Shown one piece after another: positions 28,032-35,382 of a stretch of 64,000 nt of DNA. The translations under genes were made by a program, and so were the position numbers. The notes under the pieces are model-generated. The model was not told the origin of the DNA and made no database searches. It saw nothing but the letters and a program-made list of their open reading frames with translations. This DNA is from Candidatus Eremiobacteraceae bacterium (GTDB lineage: Bacteria; Vulcanimicrobiota; Vulcanimicrobiia; Eremiobacterales; Eremiobacteraceae): the NCBI GenBank assembly GCA_035314825.1, contig DATFYX010000034.1, positions 2,036-66,035 of the forward strand, read 5' to 3'. Every line of letters begins with the position of its first letter. Position 1 is the first letter of the stretch.

Positions 28032-28598
28032 ATGCCCACCTACATCGTCGGCATCACCGGCGCGAGCGGCAGCATCCTCGGCGTGCGCGCGCTCGAAGCG
28101 CTGCACGCGATCCCCGGCACAACGACCCATCTCATCATGACCGCACAGGCCAAGCGCACCTTGGCGTTGGAGACGGATTTCGCGCCGGCCGACGTCGAGC
28201 GCTTCGCCGATCACGTGCACGACGAGACCAACTTGGCCGCAGCGGTCTCGAGCGGCTCGTTTCGGACCGACGGCATGCTCGTGATCCCATGCTCGATGAA
28301 AAGCGCCGCGGCGATCGCGTACTCGATGAACGACAACCTGCTCGTGCGCGCCGCTGATGTCTGCTTGAAGGAGCGGCGCCGGCTCGTCCTGTCGGTGCGT
28401 GAAACGCCGCTGCATCTGGGACATCTGCGGATCATGACGCGCTTGGCCGAGTTGGGCGCGGTGCTGACACCGCCCATCACGGGCTTCTATCAGAAGCCGA
28501 AGTCGGTGGACGACATCATCAACCACGCGGTCGGCAAGGCGCTCGACGCCTTGGGCGTGCCGAACGAGCTGTTCAAGCGTTGGACGGGCGCCGGTTAG
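28032..28598 (+). CDS. ubiX: Flavin prenyltransferase UbiX
   Basis: IVGITGASGSILGVRALE..., VIPCSMKSAAAIAYSMNDNLLVRAADVCLKERRRLVL and RETPLHLGHL are characteristic of UbiX/Pad1. Confidence 0.9.
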   Translation: MPTYIVGITGASGSILGVRALEALHAIPGTTTHLIMTAQAKRTLALETDFAPADVERFADHVHDETNLAAAVSSGSFRTDGMLVIPCSMKSAAAIAYSMNDNLLVRAADVCLKERRRLVLSVRETPLHLGHLRIMTRLAELGAVLTPPITGFYQKPKSVDDIINHAVGKALDALGVPNELFKRWTGAG

Positions 28599-29446
28599 TG
28601 CTTGAACGCGGAGCTGTAGATCAGATAGAGCGCCGCCGCGGCGACCGCGAGCGAGAACCAGCGCATAAGGGGGCCGGGCTGTAAGCGCGATGCCAAGTGC
28701 GCACCGACCTGCGCGCCTGCGATCGCGCCGATCGCCAAGAATACCGCCGGCGCAAGCATGATGTCGCCGTAATACGCGTGCGATGCGGTGCCCACCGCTG
28801 AGGTGATAGCGATGACGAGTTGGGAGGTCGCCACTGCGATGTGCGTGGGAAAGCCGAACAGGTACACCATCGCGGGGACCTGGACAACGCCTCCGCCGAT
28901 GCCGAACATGCTCGCCAGGAAACCCGTGGCTGCAGACACGCCGATCGCGCCCCAGACATTGAAACGATAGCTGTGGCGAACGCCTTGCGCGTCGACGAAA
29001 TCGCGGCTGAGCTGCCCCTCGGCCGGCGCCGTTTCGGACTGAGACTGCATGGGCGGCGGCGGGTCGCGCGCGAGGAAGGCGCGCACGGCGACCGCGACGA
29101 GCAGCAGGCCGAAGAGCAGCGTGAACACGCGATGCGGCACATGCTGGTCGGCATACGCGCCCAAGAGCGCGCCCGGGACGCCGGCAGCGGAAAAGATCAG
29201 TCCGCTCTTGACGTCGACGCGTTTCTGGCGCAGATACGACAGCGTTGACGACGTGGAATTGGCAAGCACGACGGCCAGCGACGTGCCTGCTGCGACGCGC
29301 GCAGGCGCGCCCAGGAACAGCAGCAGCGGAACGATCAGAAAGCCGCCTCCGACGCCGACCATGCTGCCATAGGTGCCGACGAAAAAGCCGAAGACGATGA
29401 AGCCGGCCGCTTCAAACCAGGGCATGAAAACCCGTCCGGCATGCAA
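28595..29446 (-). CDS. TauE/SafE family sulfite/anion exporter membrane protein
   Basis: FVGTYGSMVGVGGGFLIVPLL in the N-terminal half, with a repeated motif in the C-terminal half (FGIGGGVVQVPAMV). Polytopic. ATG 29425 is an alternative start. Confidence 0.8.
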   Translation of the reverse strand: MHAGRVFMPWFEAAGFIVFGFFVGTYGSMVGVGGGFLIVPLLLFLGAPARVAAGTSLAVVLANSTSSTLSYLRQKRVDVKSGLIFSAAGVPGALLGAYADQHVPHRVFTLLFGLLLVAVAVRAFLARDPPPPMQSQSETAPAEGQLSRDFVDAQGVRHSYRFNVWGAIGVSAATGFLASMFGIGGGVVQVPAMVYLFGFPTHIAVATSQLVIAITSAVGTASHAYYGDIMLAPAVFLAIGAIAGAQVGAHLASRLQPGPLMRWFSLAVAAAALYLIYSSAFKH

Positions 29447-29498
29447 AACGCACGAGCGTGCTCATCGGCCGACCCTTGCAGGCCCGGGGTGATGCGTC

Positions 29499-29777
29499 CT
29501 GCGCGCGATAAGGCGCCGCTGGCACTACGTCTATCTCGCGCGCACGCGCGACGGTTCGTTCTACTGCGGCTACGCGCTCGATCCGGTCGCGCGCATCGGC
29601 GCGCATAACGCCGGCAAAGGATCGAAGGCGCTGCGCGGGCGCCGACCCGTGACGCTCGCGTTCACCAAACGCTTTTCGGACAAAGGCGCCGCGCTGCGCT
29701 ACGAGCTCGCGCTCAAGCGCCGTTCGCATGCCGAGAAAGGGGCGCTGTGCCGCCGGTGGCGGGTCAGACGCGGCTGA
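29499..29777 (+). CDS. GIY-YIG nuclease superfamily protein (YhbQ/UPF0213-like); absent from the ORF track
   Basis: My translation: (L)RAIRRRWHYVYLARTRDGSFYCGYALDPVARIGAHNAGKGSKALRGRRPVTLAFTKRFSDKGAALRYELALKRRSHAEKGAL... Compare E. coli YhbQ: WFLYLIRT..LYTGIT..HQSGKGAKALRG. The frame opens after TGA 29490 and has only CTG 29499 or ATA 29508 as start candidates. GGGGTGAT lies 5 nt upstream of the CTG. Confidence 0.75.
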   Translation: MRAIRRRWHYVYLARTRDGSFYCGYALDPVARIGAHNAGKGSKALRGRRPVTLAFTKRFSDKGAALRYELALKRRSHAEKGALCRRWRVRRG

Positions 29778-30321
29778 TGTACTTGCGGTCGCGCGTGTCG
29801 ATGCGGATCGTGTCGTCGGGATTGATGAAGATCGGCACCTGCACGACCGCGCCGGTCTCGAGCGTCGCCGGCTTGGTGAGATTGGTCGCCGTGTCACCGC
29901 GGAAACCTGGATCGGTTTGGACGACCTTGAGCTCAACGTGGTTGGGCAGCGACGCGCTGATCACTTTGCCGTCGTGGAACTGCACTTCGATGGTCATGCC
30001 CTCTTTGAGGAATTCGGTGCCGTCGCCCAGGATGTCGCGGCCGAGGTGGATCTGCTCGTAGTTGGTCTGATCCATGAAATGGTATTCGTCGCCGCTGTTA
30101 TACAGGTACTGCATCTCGCGCGTGTCGATGATGGCACGCTGCAGCATCTCGCCGGCGCGAAACGTCTTCTCCAAGACGTTGCCGCGCAGCAGATTCTTCA
30201 AGCGCGTGCGCACGAACGCCGAGCCCTTGCCGGGTTTGACGTGCTGGAAATCGACGACGGTCCAGATCTGTCCGTCGACGATGACGGAGACGCCGGTCCG
30301 AAAATCATTGGTCGAGATCAT
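29764..30321 (-). CDS. efp: Elongation factor P
   Basis: MISTNDFRTGVSVIVDGQIWTVVDFQHVKPGKGSAFVRTRLKNL... is full-length EF-P. AGGAG lies 5 nt upstream. The ATG overlaps the plsY stop (ATGA). Confidence 0.95.
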   Translation of the reverse strand: MISTNDFRTGVSVIVDGQIWTVVDFQHVKPGKGSAFVRTRLKNLLRGNVLEKTFRAGEMLQRAIIDTREMQYLYNSGDEYHFMDQTNYEQIHLGRDILGDGTEFLKEGMTIEVQFHDGKVISASLPNHVELKVVQTDPGFRGDTATNLTKPATLETGAVVQVPIFINPDDTIRIDTRDRKYISRV

Positions 30322-30938
30322 GTGGCTCCTTGACTTGTCTTCTGCCCGATGCGCGGTTCGGTGCCGGCCCGCAGACGCTCGATGTTGGTCCGGTGCCGCC
30401 ACAGCACGAGCACGAGCACGATGACCGCGTACGCGATATATGGCCAGGGCGCGTGCAGTGCGTAGAGCGCGATCGGCGCGGAGGCGGTCGCCAGCATCGA
30501 AGACAGCGACGCGTACCGGCTGATGATCGCGGTCGCGAGGAACACCACCGCCCACACGAGCGCGGCGTAGAACGACAGCACGATCAGCACCCCTAATCCG
30601 GTGGCCACGCCTTTTCCGCCTTCGAAGTGCAAGAAGACCGACCAGTTGTGTCCGACGATAGTCGCAAGCCCGACCGTGGCGATGACCAACGGTGAGGAGT
30701 GCAGCACGTAGACCGCGATCGCGCTCGGCACGATGCCTTTGAGGACGTCGCCGCCCAGCGTCAGCACGCCGCCCCAAAAACCCATCGCGCGCAGCGCATT
30801 GGCCGCGCCGATGTTGCCGCTGCCCACGGTGCGCAGGTCGACGCCGTAGAGCCCTCTGCCGACGAGCACGCCGAACGGAATCGATCCGATGAGGTACGCC
30901 GCGACGATCAGCAGCGCTTCGGGCAGCGAGACGTTCAC
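30318..30938 (-). CDS. plsY: Glycerol-3-phosphate acyltransferase PlsY
   Basis: AAYLIGSIPFGVLVG...RTVGSGNIGAANALR...FEGGKGVATGLG. GTG start overlaps the der stop (GTGA). Confidence 0.9.
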   Translation of the reverse strand: MNVSLPEALLIVAAYLIGSIPFGVLVGRGLYGVDLRTVGSGNIGAANALRAMGFWGGVLTLGGDVLKGIVPSAIAVYVLHSSPLVIATVGLATIVGHNWSVFLHFEGGKGVATGLGVLIVLSFYAALVWAVVFLATAIISRYASLSSMLATASAPIALYALHAPWPYIAYAVIVLVLVLWRHRTNIERLRAGTEPRIGQKTSQGAT

Positions 30939-32320
30939 GGCCGTTCGCCCTCGGCGGCTCCTGCGATGATGATCTCATCGCTCTTCTTCATGTCTTGCTT
31001 GACGCGCGGCCGGAAGACCAGGCGCATCGGCGTGCCGACGAAGCCGAACGCGGCGCGCAACGAGTTCTCGAGATGGCGCTCGTACGAGAAGTGCACCAGC
31101 TCCGGGTCGTTGACGAAGAAGACGAATTCCGGCGGCGAGGTGCCTGCCTGGGTGACGTAGTGGCACTTGAGCACGCGCCCGCGGAAGCCCGGCGGCGGAT
31201 GGACGCGGAACACGTCGCGCACGACTTGGTTGAGCTTGGCGGTCGGCACGCGCTTGCGGCGCTCGTCGAACGCCGCCGCCACGGTCGCCCAGATCTTGTG
31301 GACGTTCTTCTTGGTCAGGGCCGATGCGTAGAGGATCGGCGCGTACTGCGCAAACGAGAATTCGGCGCGCAACGCGGCCTCCGTCTCTTTGCGGTCGATG
31401 GTCGCCGGATCGACGAGGTCCCACTTGTTGACCAACAGGACGAACGCTTTGCCTTCCTCGATCGCCAGTCCGGCGATGCGCCGATCCTGCGAGGTGACGC
31501 CCACGGTCGCGTCGATCACCAGCAAGGCGACGTCGCTCTTGCCGATCGCGGCGACCGCGCGCAGGCTTGAATAATAGTCGATGGCCGGCCCGGTCTTGAC
31601 CGTCTTGCGCACGCCGGCGGTGTCGATGATGACGTACGACCGTCCGCCGGATTCGATCGCCGTGTCGGTCGCGTCGCGCGTCGTGCCGGGCTCGGGCGAG
31701 ACGATCGCGCGCTCTTTGCCCAGCAGGGCGTTGACCAAAGACGACTTGCCGACGTTCGGCTGGCCGACGATGGCGAGGCGGATCGTGTTCTCGTCCTCGT
31801 CGCCTGCCGGCTCGGCTTCGGGCGGCAGCTTGGCGACGATCGCGTCGAGCAGGTCGCCGCTTTGCAGACCGTGGATCGCCGAGACGGCCATCGGCACGTC
31901 AAAGCCCAGCGAAGTGAACTCGTAGATCGAGGCCGCAGTGGTAGGCGATTCCACTTTGTTGGCGACGAGCAGCACCTTGGCGCGCTGCGGTCGCAGCAGC
32001 TCGGCGACGTCGATGTCGCCCGGCATCACGCCGGTCTGCGAATCCACGACGAACACCACCACGTCGGCTTCGCGGATCGCCAGCTCCGCCTGCGCGCGCG
32101 TCTGCGCGGCGACGTCCTTGAGCGCGCCGGTTTCGATGCCGCCGGTGTCGACGACGGTGAGCGTGCGCCCGGCCCATTCGACAGGAGCATACAAGCGGTC
32201 GCGCGTCACGCCGGGGGTTGGATCGACGATCGCTTGGCGCGTGCCGGCGAGTCGGTTGAACAGCGAAGACTTGCCCACGTTCGGACGTCCGACGAGAGCG
32301 ACGAGCGGAGCGGATGACAC
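30935..32320 (-). CDS. der: Ribosome-associated GTPase Der (EngA), double GTPase domain + KH-like domain
   Basis: Two G domains (GRPNVGKSSLFNRL and GQPNVGKSSLVNAL). GTG 32320 gives the usual short N-terminus (M)SSAPLVALVGRPNVGKS. The longer ORF-track N-terminus is Arg/Cys-rich and unconserved. Confidence 0.9.
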   Translation of the reverse strand: MSSAPLVALVGRPNVGKSSLFNRLAGTRQAIVDPTPGVTRDRLYAPVEWAGRTLTVVDTGGIETGALKDVAAQTRAQAELAIREADVVVFVVDSQTGVMPGDIDVAELLRPQRAKVLLVANKVESPTTAASIYEFTSLGFDVPMAVSAIHGLQSGDLLDAIVAKLPPEAEPAGDEDENTIRLAIVGQPNVGKSSLVNALLGKERAIVSPEPGTTRDATDTAIESGGRSYVIIDTAGVRKTVKTGPAIDYYSSLRAVAAIGKSDVALLVIDATVGVTSQDRRIAGLAIEEGKAFVLLVNKWDLVDPATIDRKETEAALRAEFSFAQYAPILYASALTKKNVHKIWATVAAAFDERRKRVPTAKLNQVVRDVFRVHPPPGFRGRVLKCHYVTQAGTSPPEFVFFVNDPELVHFSYERHLENSLRAAFGFVGTPMRLVFRPRVKQDMKKSDEIIIAGAAEGERP

Positions 32321-32381
32321 GGCATAGGGGCATTCGCCGCGAAGGTCGCATCTCCCGGCACAAGGAGACCACGCAGCGCTG

Positions 32382-33113
32382 ATGCTCGCACTCGTACTCG
32401 CGGTCGCGGTCGCCGCCACGCAACTACCGCCGCACGGCGGTGCATTCGTGACTACGCTGCCGCTCGGCGCGGACATCTGGGTGGACGGCGCGTACGTCGG
32501 CCGGACGCCCGCGTTCGTCGACCTGCTCTCCACCGGCAAGCACACGATCGTCGCCACGCGTACGGGCTGGGAAGCGCAAAGCGCGACCGTCGAGGTGAGC
32601 GTAGGCCAAGTGGTGCAGGTCAGCCTCACGCTGGCGCACACCAGCGCGGCGAGCGCGTCGCGCGATTACGGCGCGCTCGACGTGCGCGGCTCACCGGCCG
32701 GCGCCACCGTGCTCGTGGACGGCAAGAGGATCGGCGTGATCCCGATGACCGGCGCGAAGCTTACGGCTGGCTACCACATCGTCACCATCATCGGCAAGCC
32801 GGACGAGCGCTCGACGCGCGACGTCAATATCTACCCGGACACCACGACGACGGTGTCCATCACCGCGGGCGAGCCCGGCGGGCCCGCAGGCGACATCCTC
32901 GAGCCGGTTTCTTCTTATATCCCTGCGCAAGACGTCGCCGTCAACGGCAGCCAGGTGGAGATCAAGTACGGCGGCGCGGACCTGCGCTGCGCGCTGGGGT
33001 CGCGCACCTACACGCTGAACGGCAAAGAGGGACTGCTGTCGATCGCGCCGGCGATGATCTCGGGCAAGTTATATCTGCCGCAATCGCTGCTGCAGCACAT
33101 GAGCGGGAAATAG
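32382..33113 (+). CDS. Secreted PEGA-domain protein with C-terminal copper-amine-oxidase-N-terminal-like (stalk) domain
   Basis: Two PEGA-like modules (GADIWVDGAYVGRTPAFV... and GATVLVDGKRIGVIPM...). The C-terminal YTLNGKEGLLSIAPAMISGKLYLPQSLL resembles the Cu-amine-oxidase N-terminal-like fold. Confidence 0.6.
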   Translation: MLALVLAVAVAATQLPPHGGAFVTTLPLGADIWVDGAYVGRTPAFVDLLSTGKHTIVATRTGWEAQSATVEVSVGQVVQVSLTLAHTSAASASRDYGALDVRGSPAGATVLVDGKRIGVIPMTGAKLTAGYHIVTIIGKPDERSTRDVNIYPDTTTTVSITAGEPGGPAGDILEPVSSYIPAQDVAVNGSQVEIKYGGADLRCALGSRTYTLNGKEGLLSIAPAMISGKLYLPQSLLQHMSGK

Positions 33114-33119
33114 CACGCG

Positions 33120-33908
33120 GTGGACGAGGCGGACCAAAGGAAGGATCGCATCCTCGTCGTTGTGCTGCTGCTGGCGCTCGTCGCCCTGGTGGGCCTCATC
33201 GTCTTCGGTTTTTACGTGCTTAGCACGCGATTCGCAAGCGCGATACGGCAGTCAGCGTCGGTGGCCGAGAGCGGGCGGTACGCGCTTGGTCCGGATATCG
33301 CCGTGCCTCTTTCAGGAACGAGCGGCGACGTGGTCGTGGCTCGGCTCACGCTGCCAGATGTTCCCAAAAATCGTCACTGGTTCGCCGACTCCGTCTACAT
33401 CGTCGATGAAAAGGATACCCAAAAGTACGTGGAGATCGGCCTCATGCGCCGGCCCGAGGTCGACCGGCGGCTCCGCGCGTACATCGGCTATAAGGGGCCA
33501 GGCCGCTCGCTCGACTACCGCGATTTCGCGATCGGCGAGGGCCCGCATTCGCTGGCGATCAGCCGGTCTGGCGACCGATTCACCTTCCAGATCGACGGCG
33601 AACAGCGGCCGGAGCAAGCGGCGATCGCGATGGCCCTTCCGTATGCCCAAGTTGCGGCTCAAATATCGAGCCGAGGCGATACGCCGTCCGGAATCGTGAC
33701 ACAGGTGCTGGCAGGACCGCACGGCGGGCTCGCGGTGATCGACCTCTCAGACACTTGCCGCTACGACAATCATGGACTCGTGTTCGTCGATCGCGATAAC
33801 GGTCTCGTCGCGAGCGGCGCGTTCGCGCAAAGCCTCCCCGGCGTGTATCGTGGAGACTGTTCGGCGTTCGACCGACCAAAGAGCATGATGCAGCGCGCCA
33901 AGGGCTAG
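33120..33908 (+). CDS. Hypothetical single-pass membrane-anchored protein
   Basis: N-terminal TM helix ILVVVLLLALVALVGLIVFGFYVL, then a ~220-aa beta-rich domain with no motif I recognise. Codon usage is consistent with coding. Confidence 0.55.
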   Translation: MDEADQRKDRILVVVLLLALVALVGLIVFGFYVLSTRFASAIRQSASVAESGRYALGPDIAVPLSGTSGDVVVARLTLPDVPKNRHWFADSVYIVDEKDTQKYVEIGLMRRPEVDRRLRAYIGYKGPGRSLDYRDFAIGEGPHSLAISRSGDRFTFQIDGEQRPEQAAIAMALPYAQVAAQISSRGDTPSGIVTQVLAGPHGGLAVIDLSDTCRYDNHGLVFVDRDNGLVASGAFAQSLPGVYRGDCSAFDRPKSMMQRAKG

Positions 33909-33956
33909 CACGCGTCCATCACAGGCGAGGTCCAGCGCGGGCGCGAACCGTCGCCC

Positions 33957-35309
33957 ATGCCTTCGGTCTATCTCCAGACGTTCGGCTGTCAGATGAACAT
34001 CGCCGATTCCAACGGCCTCGCGCATCAGGCGTGGTCCATGGGATGCACGTTCACCGACCAGCCGGACGAGGCGGACATCGTCATCGTCAACACGTGCGCC
34101 ATCCGCGAGAAGGCGGAGACCCGCGTGTACGGCCGCCTCGGTGCGCTCAAACCGATCAAGGAACGCCGCCCGGCGATGAAGCTGCTGGTGGCCGGCTGCC
34201 TGGCCGAAAAAGACCGCGAGATCATGCGTAAGAAGGCGCCGCACGTCGACGCGCTGCTCGGCCCGCGCGACTATAAGAAGTTCAAGGCGCTGCTCGGCTC
34301 GTGGGGCGTGCCTACCGACGCGCCGCCGCCGCAGACCGACTTCGCGATGCCCTCGGCAGAAGACGATCCGGGTCAAGACGACAGACCTGGGTTCTCGCAT
34401 CTGCGCGCGCTCGTCAACATCACGCGCGGCTGCGAGAAGTTCTGCACGTACTGCATCGTGCCGTACACGCGCGGGCCGCTCGAGAGCATCGATCCGGCCG
34501 AGATCGAATCGCAGGTGCGCCGCGAGATCCGCTGCGGCGCCGAAGAGATCACGCTGCTCGGGCAAAACGTCAATTCATACTATTGGGAGCCGGAGAAACT
34601 CGATTTCGCCGAGCTGCTGCTGCGCATCGGCGCCATCGAAGGGCTCGAGCGCCTGACGTTCCTGACCTCGCATCCGAGAGATTTCGGCCCGCGCGTCGTC
34701 GACGCGCTCGCCCAGCTGCCCCACGTGCAGCCGCGTTTGCATCTGCCGGTGCAGAGCGGCAGCAATGGCGTGCTCAAGGCGATGGCGCGGCTGTACACGA
34801 TCGAGGAGTACCTCGACAAGATCGCCTATTTCCGCGAGCGCCTGTCGCGCTGGGCTTTGACCACCGACCTCATCGTCGGCTATCCGACCGAGAGCGAAGA
34901 AGATTTCCTCGCGACGCTCGATCTGGTGCAGCGCGGGACCTTCGAATACGCGTTCATCTTCGCGTTCTCGCCGCGCACCGGCACGCCGGCGGCGACGATG
35001 GAGCCGCAGGTCCCGCCGGAGGAGAAGATCCGGCGTCTGCAGGCGGTCAACGCGGCGCAGAACGACGTCACGCGGCGCTTCAACGAATCGTTCCTGGGCG
35101 AAACGGTGAGCGTGCTCGCGCAGGGACCGTCGAAGAAAGACGCGTCCAAGATGGCGGGCAAGACCGGGCATAACACGACCGTGATCTATCCGCGCGACGA
35201 GCGCACGGCGTTCGCTCCGGTCACCGACGTCGTCATCGAACAGGCCTTCTCGTGGGGCCTAGCGGGCAGCGTGGCCGCGCCGGCCGCAACTCTCAGTGCG
35301 GTCGAGTAA
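33957..35309 (+). CDS. miaB: tRNA-2-methylthio-N6-dimethylallyladenosine synthase MiaB
   Basis: YLQTFGCQMN (UPF0004 cluster), radical-SAM CEKFCTYC, and a TRAM C-terminus. The last codons and stop (GTC GAG TAA) lie in REP copy 4. Confidence 0.9.
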   Translation: MPSVYLQTFGCQMNIADSNGLAHQAWSMGCTFTDQPDEADIVIVNTCAIREKAETRVYGRLGALKPIKERRPAMKLLVAGCLAEKDREIMRKKAPHVDALLGPRDYKKFKALLGSWGVPTDAPPPQTDFAMPSAEDDPGQDDRPGFSHLRALVNITRGCEKFCTYCIVPYTRGPLESIDPAEIESQVRREIRCGAEEITLLGQNVNSYYWEPEKLDFAELLLRIGAIEGLERLTFLTSHPRDFGPRVVDALAQLPHVQPRLHLPVQSGSNGVLKAMARLYTIEEYLDKIAYFRERLSRWALTTDLIVGYPTESEEDFLATLDLVQRGTFEYAFIFAFSPRTGTPAATMEPQVPPEEKIRRLQAVNAAQNDVTRRFNESFLGETVSVLAQGPSKKDASKMAGKTGHNTTVIYPRDERTAFAPVTDVVIEQAFSWGLAGSVAAPAATLSAVE

Positions 35310-35323
35310 ACTCGACCGCTCCA
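35298..35323 (-). repeat. REP-like element copy 4 with compensated stem (GC-GGTCGAGT-AA-ACTCGACC-GCTCCA)
   Basis: Both arms carry the complementary change (A to G and T to C) relative to the consensus, so the palindrome stays perfect. Confidence 0.85.
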
Positions 35324-35382
35324 TATCCCGGAAAGCGCCGCACGAGGATCGCAACGAGCGTGACGCCGGCCGTGCGCCGGTC

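Noticed and set aside
29412-29936. 174-aa minus-strand ORF between the TauE and efp genes
   Set aside because: Arg/Ser/Ala-rich with no motif. The plus-strand frame at the same locus encodes a clear GIY-YIG domain.
32321-32641. N-terminal extension of the der ORF
   Set aside because: It is unconserved and Cys/Arg/Thr-rich, and it would overlap the divergent PEGA gene. GTG 32320 gives the canonical short Der N-terminus.
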